DNA of 64,000 nt from the IMG/VR virus record IMGVR_UViG_3300028592_000008, positions 1-64,000 of that record; one strand, written 5' to 3'. A program made the position numbers and the translations under genes. The notes under the pieces are model-generated. The model made no database searches, was not told the origin of the DNA, and saw only the letters and a list, made by a program, of their open reading frames with translations. Of this stretch, positions 47,037-56,530 are shown piece by piece (positions within the stretch are counted from its first letter, which is position 1; every line of letters begins with the position of its first letter). The stretch comes from a virus.

Positions 47037-49088
47037 ATGTCCGATTGGGACGACATGCAGCGCGACGGGGTTGATCGGCTGATCGACCGCGCGCAGTCGA
47101 AACTCGCCGTCGTCGGCTCTTCACCCACCGGGTCCGGCAAGACGACGATGGCTGCCATGTGCGTTCAGGACTGGTGCGTCCCGTCCAATCTGTCGTGGGA
47201 GTTCATGACGAACCGGCGGACGCTGCTGGATCAGACGGTCGATGCCTTCCGGCAGTTCCGCGAGAAGGGGCTGGAGTTCGGCGTTCGAGGGGCAGGGTAT
47301 CGCCCCAACCTCGAGCGCCGGGGGCAGGTGACGATCGTCCAGACGGACGCGAAGGCGGTGAAGGAGAAGCGGTGGGAGCCACATCAGGCGGACGTCCTGA
47401 TTATCGACGAGGTCCACAACAACATGCCGGAGTACCTGCAGTGGCGGGTGCAGCGGCAACTCGACCGCGGGTATCCGGTCATCGGTCTCTCGGCGACGCC
47501 GATCGGCCTCGGACGCTGGTTCCGGCATCTGGAGCCGCTTTGCACGCTGTCCATGCTTCGGGAGGTCAAGGGAGCGCTGATCGCCGAGTGCCACACGCCG
47601 AACGAGCTCGACCTGAAGCACATTCGCCGGGTGAAGTACGGGGAGAAGAAGGACGAGATGGCCCGGCTGTTCACGCAGCAGCAGGTCGTCGGCTCGATCA
47701 TCGACACATGGCGGGCCCTGAATCCGAAGGCGCTCCCGACGATCCTCTTCGCGCCGTGCGTCGAGTCGTCGAAGTGGTTCTGCGAGGAGTTCAACCGCCA
47801 GGGAATCCCCGCCGCCCACATCGACGGGGGGAACATTTACTACGGCCGGAAGAAGGACGGCGAGCGGGAGTACATTCCGTCCACCCGCGCGTCCCGGAAG
47901 GAACTGAAGAAGCAGGTCCGACAGGGGCACATTAAGGTTGTCACGAATCGCTTCGTTATGAGAGAGGGCGTGGATTGGCCGTTCCTGTATCACGCGATCT
48001 TCGCGACGAAGATGGGGGGCGTCGTCCCGTGGGTGCAGTCCTGCGGGCGAGTCCTGCGCGCGGACCACAATCGCCCGTGGATGGACCACGTCATCATTCA
48101 GGATCACGGCGGGAACCTGTATGGCCTCGGCCTGGGGAGCCCGAACGCCGACCGGGTTTGGGAGCTCGGGGACACGGCGAAGATCCTGAAGGACAAGGCC
48201 AGGGAGCGGCTCAAGGAAGGACTTGACCATCAGCCGGTGTGCTGCCCGCGGTGCCATCGCCCGGTGAAATGGGAGGTCTGGACCAAGCTGGGGAACACCT
48301 GCCCGTACTGCAAGAACAAGTTCGACGCCAGCGAGCGGATCGTCATCCAGAAGGACGGGCGACTGCTGCCGGTGGAGGGGGACGCGATCAAGATCCGGGT
48401 CCGAACGGATCAGAAGGACATGCAGAAGGCGTGGGACGGCCTGTTCTACCCCTCCTCGAAGAGTAAGGGCGTCCGGGCGAATACGTTCGGCCAGCTATGC
48501 GGGCGGCTCAAGTCGGCGCACCCGCACCTGCAGGTCTGCGACGACGTTGTGGCGATTCAGAACGGGGTCCGGAAGCGGGTCTCCGGGATACGAGACATGC
48601 GGTCGATGAAGTTCTACGTCATCGACAACATGCCCAAACCGGGCAGTCCGGTTTGGAAGCAAGAGGTCCGGCGAACGAGCCGGGACATCCTTCAGAGGTA
48701 CGAGGGCAAGTATGGCGGATCAGCAGGTGACGCAGGATCAGGCAACGGAGAAGCAGGCGGAGGAGAGCGGCCGGCAGAAGTCGGCGCCGCGCAAGGCTCC
48801 AACGCTGGTGACGGATCGGGTGGAAATGGCCTACGGTCACGTCTGCCAGATCAAGGGCGTGGTGGTGAAGTACCAGCTCAAGGGGGGGCAGGAGCTCTTC
48901 GCGGTGGCGGCAACACCCGGCGCCGCCAAGGAAGCCTTTCTTTTGGAAATGGTGACCAAGGAGGAGCCGCTCACACAGGCGGAGCTCACGGCGGAGATGC
49001 ACGCGGCGATGGTCCGGCGGTGGGAAGCGGACCGGCGGCCGGCGAATCCGCTGCCGGATCTGGGGTCGGTGATGGATCCGTTGGGTGA
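47037..49088 (+). CDS. SF2 helicase (RadD/YejH-like) with C-terminal Zn ribbon
   Basis: SPTGSGKT, IIDEVH, LSATP, EGVDWP, QSCGRVLR, IIQDH.GN, CPRC...CPYC. The last ~125 codons overlap the next gene. Confidence 0.9.
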   Translation: MSDWDDMQRDGVDRLIDRAQSKLAVVGSSPTGSGKTTMAAMCVQDWCVPSNLSWEFMTNRRTLLDQTVDAFRQFREKGLEFGVRGAGYRPNLERRGQVTIVQTDAKAVKEKRWEPHQADVLIIDEVHNNMPEYLQWRVQRQLDRGYPVIGLSATPIGLGRWFRHLEPLCTLSMLREVKGALIAECHTPNELDLKHIRRVKYGEKKDEMARLFTQQQVVGSIIDTWRALNPKALPTILFAPCVESSKWFCEEFNRQGIPAAHIDGGNIYYGRKKDGEREYIPSTRASRKELKKQVRQGHIKVVTNRFVMREGVDWPFLYHAIFATKMGGVVPWVQSCGRVLRADHNRPWMDHVIIQDHGGNLYGLGLGSPNADRVWELGDTAKILKDKARERLKEGLDHQPVCCPRCHRPVKWEVWTKLGNTCPYCKNKFDASERIVIQKDGRLLPVEGDAIKIRVRTDQKDMQKAWDGLFYPSSKSKGVRANTFGQLCGRLKSAHPHLQVCDDVVAIQNGVRKRVSGIRDMRSMKFYVIDNMPKPGSPVWKQEVRRTSRDILQRYEGKYGGSAGDAGSGNGEAGGGERPAEVGAAQGSNAGDGSGGNGLRSRLPDQGRGGEVPAQGGAGALRGGGNTRRRQGSLSFGNGDQGGAAHTGGAHGGDARGDGPAVGSGPAAGESAAGSGVGDGSVG

Positions 49089-49149
49089 CGAAATCGTTTC
49101 CCGGGAAACGATTGAAGAGCCCACCAGTCAAAATGCTGGGGCAGAGTAG
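48712..49149 (+). CDS. Hypothetical protein
   Basis: GAGGG RBS; coding-like, whereas the overlapping helicase tail is low-complexity. Confidence 0.6.
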   Translation: MADQQVTQDQATEKQAEESGRQKSAPRKAPTLVTDRVEMAYGHVCQIKGVVVKYQLKGGQELFAVAATPGAAKEAFLLEMVTKEEPLTQAELTAEMHAAMVRRWEADRRPANPLPDLGSVMDPLGDEIVSRETIEEPTSQNAGAE

Positions 49150-49216
49150 GCGGCGCGGCCCGGGGTCATGGTGACACCGGAGGAGTTTTTCGGATCCAGA
49201 CTCAACAGGTGACACT

Positions 49217-50731
49217 GTGACTCAGAAATCAGCGAATTCGCTTCACATCCAGAACGTCCGGGCGATCGAGAACCTGCACATCCCCATCCCGGATGAGGGG
49301 GGCGTGGTCGTCCTGCAGGGGTATCACGGGACCGGGAAGTCGACGGCGCTCCTCGCGGTCGACATGGTCGCGGGGCGGGGCCCGGCCAAGCTGGAGAAGC
49401 ACGACGGCTCGCTCCGCGGGGAGGTCGTCGGCCTGGGCGTGACGATCAAGATGGACAAGACGACCCGGCGGGAGGGGGAGTGTCCCTTCCAGCAGCTTGA
49501 CGGGGCGTCCATCGCGCGGCTCGTGAACCCCGGTATCAAGGATCTGAAGGCGGCGGACGCGGACCGGACGAAGGGGCTGTTGGAGATCACCGGGGCGTCG
49601 ATCACGGTGGCGGACTTCAAGGACTGCGGTCTCGACCAGCCGGAGATCATCTCGGCCACGAAGGGGACCGATGGGGCCCCGGTGGCGGCCGTGCAGGGCG
49701 TGAAGGAGGCGCTCAACGCCAAGGCCTTGAAGCTCGAAAAGGAGGCCGCAGAGCTCACGGGCGAGCACGACGCGATCAGCAAGCGGCTGAACGAGGCCGG
49801 CGTCGGCAGCGAGGCGGAGCTGCGGACGGACGCGGAGATCGACAAGGACCTGGAGGATTGCCGCGCGAAGATCCGGGTGGCGGAGACCGACAAGAAGTGG
49901 GTCGACGAGAACCGGGCCGCGTACGAGGAGGCCAAGGGGGCGGCGGATTCGGATGAGACGGTCGAGTCCGTGCAGGACCGCATCACCGAGCTCGGCGACA
50001 GAATCAAGGCTGGGACGGCGAAGATCGACGCGCTGACCGAGGAGCGGAACCTCAAGCTGGCGGAGATCAGCAAGGAGTACGCCGCCAAGATTAAACTGGC
50101 GGAGGACGCTCAGGACGAGTTGATTGCCGAGAAGAGAGCCGAGTCTGCTCGCCTGGAGGTCGTGCAGCAGAACGTCGCCGCGGCGGCCTCCCGGAAGTCG
50201 CTGCTCGCGATGTTCGAGTCCCGGATGACGACCGACAACCAAGGTGTGATCGACGGAGAGCGGGCGAAGGAGGAGACGCTGCTCAAGGAGCGGACCGACA
50301 ATGCCGCCGCCCGGGTCCGGCTGGCCGACGCGAAGCTGCAGAAGGAGATCGTCGCCAAGATCAAGGCCGCGCAGGAGGGAGCGAAGGCGCTCCGCGAGAA
50401 GGCGAAGGGAGTGGAGAAGCTGCTCGGGAAGATCATCCCGGAGACGTCGCCGATCAAGTTCGACGAGTCCGGCCGGCTGGTGGTCAAGACCGACCGGGCG
50501 GATCAGGAATACTTCACGGAGCTCTCGGACGGCGAGCGGTGGGGGCTGGCGATCGACATCGCCGTCTCGACCATGAAGACCGGGGGGATCATGACGATCC
50601 CGCAAACGGCGTGGCAGGAGCTTGCGCCTACGGTGCAGGCCGAGATCGCGGCGAAGTGCCGGGAGCGGAAGGTGACCGCCGTCACTGCGGCGATCACGGA
50701 CGACCCGGCGATTGTTCCGAAGGTGATGTAG
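49217..50731 (+). CDS. SMC/Rad50-like ABC ATPase with long coiled coil
   Basis: IQNVRAI, Walker A GYHGTGKST, coiled coil, ELSDGER signature; Walker B is degenerate. Confidence 0.75.
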   Translation: MTQKSANSLHIQNVRAIENLHIPIPDEGGVVVLQGYHGTGKSTALLAVDMVAGRGPAKLEKHDGSLRGEVVGLGVTIKMDKTTRREGECPFQQLDGASIARLVNPGIKDLKAADADRTKGLLEITGASITVADFKDCGLDQPEIISATKGTDGAPVAAVQGVKEALNAKALKLEKEAAELTGEHDAISKRLNEAGVGSEAELRTDAEIDKDLEDCRAKIRVAETDKKWVDENRAAYEEAKGAADSDETVESVQDRITELGDRIKAGTAKIDALTEERNLKLAEISKEYAAKIKLAEDAQDELIAEKRAESARLEVVQQNVAAAASRKSLLAMFESRMTTDNQGVIDGERAKEETLLKERTDNAAARVRLADAKLQKEIVAKIKAAQEGAKALREKAKGVEKLLGKIIPETSPIKFDESGRLVVKTDRADQEYFTELSDGERWGLAIDIAVSTMKTGGIMTIPQTAWQELAPTVQAEIAAKCRERKVTAVTAAITDDPAIVPKVM

Positions 50732-50795
50732 GGGTAAACTCCCTCCTTCGCTGAAGTCGGACGGTTTCTGTTTTCCTTGGATTCTGGAGGGTCTC

Positions 50796-51155
50796 ATGAG
50801 CACGAAAGCGGCGTTGAATCGGCAGGACGTCAATCTGTCCCAGCTCGCCGGTATGGACAGCGAGAAGCTGTCCCGGGTGGTGCAGCAGCAGATCGGCATC
50901 GCGTCGGCGGACATCTACAACCGCCCGAACGAGAAGAAGCCGCGGGAGGTGACGATCAAGCTCAAGTTCGCCCCGGCGGACGACGAGGGCGATCGGGTCC
51001 TGTTCGAGTTCGAGGTGTCCGGGAAGACGCCGCCCCGGAAGTCGAAGTCCTACGGGATGGAGAACAACGGCGCGATGAAGAAGATGGTGTTCAACGACAT
51101 CACGCCGGGTGACGATGAGGATGAGTCGCAGGAGGGCGACGACGACAAGGAGTGA
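50796..51155 (+). CDS. Hypothetical phage protein (usual partner upstream of YfdQ-like genes)
   Basis: DI..RP...KPREVTIKLKFAP pattern. Confidence 0.6.
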   Translation: MSTKAALNRQDVNLSQLAGMDSEKLSRVVQQQIGIASADIYNRPNEKKPREVTIKLKFAPADDEGDRVLFEFEVSGKTPPRKSKSYGMENNGAMKKMVFNDITPGDDEDESQEGDDDKE

Positions 51156-51218
51156 GTAGCCCCGGCCGGTGTTCGGCTTGGCGGTAGGTGATTACTCAGG
51201 CATTTCGGAGGGTTCTCA

Positions 51219-52061
51219 GTGAGTCAGGAACAGGAGAAGGTGACGTCGCAGCAGACCGTTGCGCGCGGCGTCGTGACGGAGATTCGGGATCTAGTGAAGG
51301 AGCAGCAGCACAGCGGCGGCCTGCACTTTTACACGACCGTCCCCGGCATGGTGATCGTCAAGGTCCCGGGCAAGGAGGACTACGAAAAGATCCCGGTCCA
51401 GCAGAAGCGGCGTTACAACTTGGAGACGCTGCAGGGCGTGGCCGAGGCCGCCAAGGTCGCCAAGGAAAAGTTCGGCGGCGACCCGGTCATCTTCGTGGAT
51501 CGGAACGAAGTCGTCCTGTCGTTTCAGGAGAACGCGGCATCGCTGCACCTGGCCTCCGGTGTCTACAAGCACCGACTGTCCCCGGAGTGGAAGTGCCTGC
51601 TCGGCCTGAAGCAGCAGCCGACGATGGGGGTCGAAGGCGTCCGGAAGTGGCTCCGGATCGACATGCGGGCCGGGGCGACCGATTCGTCCAAGGCGCTCGA
51701 GCGGTCCCTGCAGAGTCTCTCTGCGAAGACCGAGCAGCGGACGCGGTCGATGCGCGAGGGCGGCAAGGAGAGCCTCGGCCGGGACATCGACGCGGAGGTG
51801 ACGTCGGCGAACGGGGAGATCCCGAACGCCTGCGCCTTCCATGTCCGTCCGTTTCTCGATCCGGACGTCTCCGCTGGTGACGCCGTCGAGGTGTTTGTCG
51901 ACGTCGAGCCGCGGAACCTGGACGTGACCCTGGTCGCTCAGGAAGCCGACATGGAGGAGGTGCTCGTCGGGGCTGTGCTGAAGGCCGTGGAGGTCCTGAA
52001 GCTGCGTCTCAGCGAGGTCGACCTGCCGGATGTCCCGGTGATCTTGGGATCGGCTTCGTAA
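51219..52061 (+). CDS. YfdQ/DUF2303-like phage protein
   Basis: Size, synteny, and C-terminal IP....F.V.PF...VILG. Confidence 0.5.
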   Translation: MSQEQEKVTSQQTVARGVVTEIRDLVKEQQHSGGLHFYTTVPGMVIVKVPGKEDYEKIPVQQKRRYNLETLQGVAEAAKVAKEKFGGDPVIFVDRNEVVLSFQENAASLHLASGVYKHRLSPEWKCLLGLKQQPTMGVEGVRKWLRIDMRAGATDSSKALERSLQSLSAKTEQRTRSMREGGKESLGRDIDAEVTSANGEIPNACAFHVRPFLDPDVSAGDAVEVFVDVEPRNLDVTLVAQEADMEEVLVGAVLKAVEVLKLRLSEVDLPDVPVILGSAS

Positions 52062-52088
52062 TCTGTCCGCGGTTTTGTTGAACGAGCG

Positions 52089-52124
52089 CCCGGGTGTCGG
52101 AAGGAACCGCACCCGGGTTTCTTT
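52089..52124 (+). terminator. Rho-independent terminator
   Basis: CCCGGGTG...CACCCGGG followed by TTTCTTT. Confidence 0.6.
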
Positions 52125-52139
52125 ACGGGGAGCGGCGTC

Positions 52140-52766
52140 TTGGGAAAAAACCGAGGCGCAACGCTGGTCTACCCCCGGGACGAGTGGGCGGAGTCTGTTC
52201 TCCTGAGCGCGGCGGTCACCGGCTGGTGGTGGGAGCCTGCGCTCGCGGAGGAGTGGACGGACGAGCTATTCCCGGATCCGATTGACAGGTCCATCCTGCG
52301 GGCAGTGCGGGTGGTGCGGTTTCATGGCGGCCGGCGGCGAGTCCGCTTCGACATGATGGCGCTGAACGTCTTCATCCGGCGGCACTTCGGGGAGAATCCC
52401 GGCAAGATTCGGGAGCGTTTCCTCGAGCTGATCGACCCGGTGTTCGCGTGGGACGTGGATTATCACTGGCCGGTGTGGTCGTCTCGGGCGATCCATCGCT
52501 GGCGGGATCGGGCGGCGGTAGATCATGCGGTTGCGGTTGTCCGGCTGGCTCGCGCCGGGCAGCACAAGGAGATTCGCGAGCTGGTGAGGTGCTTCAGTGC
52601 CGAAGATGAGCGAGCAAGACAAGCGGGAGATGCGGCGGGAATATCTGGACGCCTTCCCGGAATGCCAATACTCAGCGGCATTCGGGCCGGATCTCCAGTG
52701 GCCACGGATCAAGAGGGGGCAGGTTTGTGTGGAGCACATATGGGCTCGACACGGGGCGGCGAGTGA
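52140..52766 (+). CDS. Hypothetical protein, weakly resembling the DnaB N-terminal domain
   Basis: AESVLLSA...ELFPDPIDRSILRAV pattern; no helicase domain. Confidence 0.35.
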   Translation: MGKNRGATLVYPRDEWAESVLLSAAVTGWWWEPALAEEWTDELFPDPIDRSILRAVRVVRFHGGRRRVRFDMMALNVFIRRHFGENPGKIRERFLELIDPVFAWDVDYHWPVWSSRAIHRWRDRAAVDHAVAVVRLARAGQHKEIRELVRCFSAEDERARQAGDAAGISGRLPGMPILSGIRAGSPVATDQEGAGLCGAHMGSTRGGE

Positions 52767-53055
52767 GCACTGGTCGAATTACGCGACGGTGTGGATGACG
52801 CCGGGGGGCCCGCACGACTGGAAGCATGACAACTCCGTCGAGGCCCGGATCGTCATCACGGCGTTCAAGTTCGATCTGTACCTGGCAACGAAGGACGAGC
52901 GGCATTTCGACATCGAGGCGCTCCGCGCGGCTTCCGGGGTGTACGTCCCGGGCTGGGTCGAGGTGAAGCTGGAGACCCAGGGGCACCGGCTCCCGGAATA
53001 CGTTTTGCGGATCGGCCAAGACTTCATCGAAAGGTTCAACGCTTCGCGAGGGTGA
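52597..53055 (+). CDS. HNH-like hypothetical protein
   Basis: YL..FPECQ...VEHI...NYATV...HDWKH. Confidence 0.45.
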   Translation: MPKMSEQDKREMRREYLDAFPECQYSAAFGPDLQWPRIKRGQVCVEHIWARHGAASEHWSNYATVWMTPGGPHDWKHDNSVEARIVITAFKFDLYLATKDERHFDIEALRAASGVYVPGWVEVKLETQGHRLPEYVLRIGQDFIERFNASRG

Positions 53056-53112
53056 CCGCGGGTCGGAGTTTGTCTATGGTGTCTTCGGAGGATTGAATCC
53101 CCGGAGGGCAAC

Positions 53113-53508
53113 ATGATCGGTTTTCTGCCACATTTGATTGCCCAAACCCCAGTCGCTTCACAAATGCCGACGACTCTTGAGGGGGCGATCATCTTTATTG
53201 CGGTTAGTGCTGTAGTGGCGTCGCTGACCTTCATCAACAAACTTTCGACCGACAACCGGCTAGACCGGCAGGAGGAGCGGAAGAACATCGAGAAGATCGC
53301 TGATGCCGTAACTGCTGCGACCAACGAGTTTAAGACAGCGTCAGTTAAGATGCTGGACGAGCACAAGGAGGACCGCGAGGTCTACCAGGACTCTATGGCT
53401 GAACTGCAGCGGGAAATCTCCGCCGGATTCGCCTCCATGAAGACCGAGATGGCGGGCGTCAAAGATGCACTCAGGGAAAGCCGTCGCCTCCAAGGGGGCG
53501 GCGGATGA
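53113..53508 (+). CDS. Membrane protein with coiled coil
   Basis: One TM helix (GAIIFIAVSAVVASLTFI); GGAGGG RBS. Confidence 0.65.
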   Translation: MIGFLPHLIAQTPVASQMPTTLEGAIIFIAVSAVVASLTFINKLSTDNRLDRQEERKNIEKIADAVTAATNEFKTASVKMLDEHKEDREVYQDSMAELQREISAGFASMKTEMAGVKDALRESRRLQGGGG

Positions 53509-53804
53509 ATCCCGTGCTCGAGGAACTGTTGAGGAACCTCCAAGTCACACAATCGCGTATCTCCTGGCGGCACTCGATGCTCGTTCTGTGTGTGTCGACG
53601 GTGGTTACGTCGCTGGCCTGCGCGTACTTCACGCTCAAGTCAGAGCGGGATGTCTACATGCTGCTCGGCGAGGTGCGCGCGTTGCGGGACACAGTCGAGT
53701 CTTCCCGGTGCAACTGTCACTCGCTATCCAGGGGGCTGGGCAGCTTGAAGGGGGCGGGCGTGCGTGGGCATATGTCACTGGACGTTAAGCCGGGCGTCGA
53801 GTAG
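53505..53804 (+). CDS. Membrane protein
   Basis: One TM helix; ATGA coupling. Confidence 0.55.
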   Translation: MNPVLEELLRNLQVTQSRISWRHSMLVLCVSTVVTSLACAYFTLKSERDVYMLLGEVRALRDTVESSRCNCHSLSRGLGSLKGAGVRGHMSLDVKPGVE

Positions 53805-53837
53805 CGTGATACCTGCTTTCTCTTTCCAGCAGGTGAC

Positions 53838-54062
53838 GTGATGCAGAAGACGACTCTCCTCGGGATCATGGGCATCATCGGCGTCGTGATGGGCTTTCTC
53901 ACGGCGACCTTCGATGGAAACCCGGCAACGGTTCCGGATTCGCTTCCCTCGGTCATCCAGCAGATCACTACGCTCTGCGTGAGCGCGGGGCTGATCGTCT
54001 CGCGTGACAACAAGGTCTCCGACGAGCAGGCCGGAGCCGGGGACCTCGGGAAGAAGAAGTAG
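53838..54062 (+). CDS. Holin-like small membrane protein
   Basis: 74 aa, two TM helices, KTT..G...GLI..RD pattern, basic C-terminus. Confidence 0.55.
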   Translation: MMQKTTLLGIMGIIGVVMGFLTATFDGNPATVPDSLPSVIQQITTLCVSAGLIVSRDNKVSDEQAGAGDLGKKK

Positions 54063-54119
54063 CTGGACCGTCCAGCGTTTCCCGGGAAACGAATCTCAGC
54101 CGGCCAAGGGGAGAGAGTC

Positions 54120-54689
54120 ATGCGCGTCACATACTTCACGGGCAACGACCGCCAGGGCACCAAGGCCTACGATGGCGAGATCGTCAGCGAGAACGATTCG
54201 ATTCTCGTGGTCCACAACGACCGGGGCGGGAACCGGACGATCGACAAGAGCCTGATCGTCAGCCGGTCGGACCAGCCGGACCTCCCGAAAGCGAAGAGCT
54301 CGACGGAGCTGGAGGCTGAGCGGAAGCGTAAGGTCGCCGCCCAGCAGGCACAGATCGCCCCGGCGATCGAAGTGGCGAACCCGGAGGCCAAGCCGCTCGA
54401 GCCTGGCCCGCTTGTCCCGATAGACATTGAGACGCCCGTCGCAAGCAACACGGAGTCCGGCGCGGAAAGCGAGTCGGTCGTGGGGGCCGCGTCGGACTCC
54501 GGTTCTTCCGAGGAAGCCAGCGTTTCCCGGGAAGCGACCGAGCAGGAAGCGGAAGCTCCGGCCGGCGGTTCGGGCGAGCCGGCGCCGCCTGCGACGGAAG
54601 GCGAGGGCAGCGACACGATTTCCGGGTCCGGCGAGGATCGTCCCTCCCCGGAGGCCTCGGAACTGAACACGTCGATGAAGGTCGACTGA
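54120..54689 (+). CDS. Hypothetical protein (small beta-barrel domain plus acidic tail)
   Basis: N-terminal domain is paralogous to the next gene. Confidence 0.65.
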   Translation: MRVTYFTGNDRQGTKAYDGEIVSENDSILVVHNDRGGNRTIDKSLIVSRSDQPDLPKAKSSTELEAERKRKVAAQQAQIAPAIEVANPEAKPLEPGPLVPIDIETPVASNTESGAESESVVGAASDSGSSEEASVSREATEQEAEAPAGGSGEPAPPATEGEGSDTISGSGEDRPSPEASELNTSMKVD

Positions 54690-54699
54690 GGGTAGAGCG

Positions 54700-54888
54700 A
54701 TGGCCGTCTTCGTGTATGACAAGGGCGACGGTGGTAAGCCGAAAACTTACACCGGCGAGATCATCACGGAGACGCCAACGCATCTCATCATCCGAAACAA
54801 CGCGGATGGCGTGCCGCGGAACTTTGTGAAGAGCAAGCTGGTGAGCCGGTCGGATCAGCCGCCGGCCGAGAAGCCGAAGGACGGGTGA
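54700..54888 (+). CDS. Hypothetical protein, paralog of the upstream N-terminal domain
   Basis: Shared K.Y.GEI..E....L...N....R...KS..VSRSDQP. Confidence 0.65.
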   Translation: MAVFVYDKGDGGKPKTYTGEIITETPTHLIIRNNADGVPRNFVKSKLVSRSDQPPAEKPKDG

Positions 54889-54889
54889 C

Positions 54890-55177
54890 ATGAACTGGAT
54901 CCAGCAGCATCCCTACATCACGGGGAGCCTCGGCGTTCTCCTGACGCTCATCGGGACGGTCGTCGTTCCGTTCGGCGACAAGATTATGGCCGGCGTGAAG
55001 GGGCTCCGGCGGGCTCCGGCGGCGGCCGAGGGCACCGACGAGGATCAGATGTCCGCAGACCTGTTCCGGATCGAGAAACACGCCCGGGACGAGTTGAAGG
55101 ACCAGCAGCTCGTCGACCTCCTGGGGCAGGCCCGGTCGCGGCTCATGATGGTCCGGACCACGAACGCTGCAGGGTGA
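54890..55177 (+). CDS. Membrane protein
   Basis: N-terminal TM helix. Confidence 0.6.
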   Translation: MNWIQQHPYITGSLGVLLTLIGTVVVPFGDKIMAGVKGLRRAPAAAEGTDEDQMSADLFRIEKHARDELKDQQLVDLLGQARSRLMMVRTTNAAG

Positions 55178-55178
55178 C

Positions 55179-55601
55179 ATGCGAGTCTTCGGTGCGATTT
55201 GTACGACGCTTGGCGGCTTCCTCCTGATCGCCCTCGCGGTGTCCGGCGGCGGTGGCGGACTTCTCCCCGCCACCCCTCCGCCGATTCCAGGAATCGCGAA
55301 GGCGTTTCTTGTCGTGCATGACCAGGCGAACCGCCGGAACCTCAAGCCGGACCAGCTCGCCGTCCTGACGTCGACGATCCTTGTCGACAAGCTGAATCAG
55401 AACGGCTTCCAGTCCCGGTATTGGGACAAGTCCAACGTCTTGAACGGCACGGGCCCCATTGCCGAGGCCGGCAAGAAAGTCCTGGCCGAGAACAAGCCCC
55501 TCCCGTGGATGCTGATCTCCAACGAGACGGCCGGGAAGGGGTACTCCGGCCCGGTGGAGACGCTGGACGGGGCATTGAAGCACGTCGACGAGGTCAAGTG
55601 A
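55179..55601 (+). CDS. Exported or membrane-anchored hypothetical protein
   Basis: Signal/TM segment, Gly-Pro linker, LPWMLI motif. Confidence 0.6.
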   Translation: MRVFGAICTTLGGFLLIALAVSGGGGGLLPATPPPIPGIAKAFLVVHDQANRRNLKPDQLAVLTSTILVDKLNQNGFQSRYWDKSNVLNGTGPIAEAGKKVLAENKPLPWMLISNETAGKGYSGPVETLDGALKHVDEVK

Positions 55602-55602
55602 G

Positions 55603-56421
55603 ATGCCGCAGTCATTCTTCTCGGACCTGCACAACCGGCTCGTCATCGACGACTCGAACTTCCAGAAGTACGTCCAGCCGGTGATCGACGGGGACGTACG
55701 GTTCCGCGGGTACAAGCCGCGCGACTGGAACGCGGAGCCGTACGGGTCGAGCGGCGTCGCGGTGCCGATGTCCATGCCGCTGATCCCCCGAACGGAGTGG
55801 GTCGAGCGGATCCGGGACATCAACAAGGCGAAGGGGCTGCTCAGCCAGCGGCGGAAGCAGGCCGGCATCGGTCCGTTCAACCAGCAGAACACGAACTTCT
55901 GCTGGGGCAACGGCGTCCTCAAGTGCTTCCAGATCCTCCGGATGCTGCAGGGGGAGGATTTCGTCGATCTCTCCCCGGCGTCCATCTGCTGCATGATCAC
56001 GAACTTCCAGAACGTCGGGGGCTGGGGGACGCAGTTCCTCAAGTACCTGAACTTGAAGGGGGCGGTCCCGGCGCAGTTCTGGCCGCACAACGCGATCAAC
56101 CGGAAGTACAACACCGCCGAGACGATGGCGATGCGGGCGAAGTTCCGCGTCCCGGACGGCGGGTGGTACGACATCGACCCCCGGCAGAGCTTCGATGCAA
56201 CGATGACGCTGGTCCTGCTCGGGATCCCGGTTGCCGTGGCCTACAACTGGTGGGGGCACCTTGTCCTGGCGGAAGATCCAATCGTTGACAAGGACGGCCG
56301 CTTCGGTCTGGGCGAACTGAATTCGTGGGGGCCGTGGGGCGAGAATGGCGACGGGACGTTCGTCCTGATGGAAGGCAAGGGGACGCCTTCGGAAGCCGTG
56401 GCCCCGGCCCTCGCGGTCTGA
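55603..56421 (+). CDS. Papain-like (C1 family) cysteine peptidase
   Basis: Q..TNFCW (oxyanion Gln and catalytic Cys), DLSP, WGH and NSWG..WG motifs. Confidence 0.8.
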   Translation: MPQSFFSDLHNRLVIDDSNFQKYVQPVIDGDVRFRGYKPRDWNAEPYGSSGVAVPMSMPLIPRTEWVERIRDINKAKGLLSQRRKQAGIGPFNQQNTNFCWGNGVLKCFQILRMLQGEDFVDLSPASICCMITNFQNVGGWGTQFLKYLNLKGAVPAQFWPHNAINRKYNTAETMAMRAKFRVPDGGWYDIDPRQSFDATMTLVLLGIPVAVAYNWWGHLVLAEDPIVDKDGRFGLGELNSWGPWGENGDGTFVLMEGKGTPSEAVAPALAV

Positions 56422-56426
56422 AGTAC

Positions 56427-56500
56427 ACCCCGTTAGCTCAATCGGGAGAGCACCGGTCTCCAAAGCCGGCGGTTGCCAGGTTCGATTCCGGCACGGGGTG
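56427..56500 (+). tRNA. tRNA-Trp(CCA)
   Basis: Acceptor ACCCCGT/ACGGGGT, D-stem GCTC/GAGC, anticodon arm CCGGT-CTCCAAA-GCCGG, T-loop TTCGATT; bulged A in the T-stem; 3' CCA not encoded. Confidence 0.85.
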
Positions 56501-56530
56501 CTGAGTTCCTTTCTCTTTCGGAGGTTTGCG

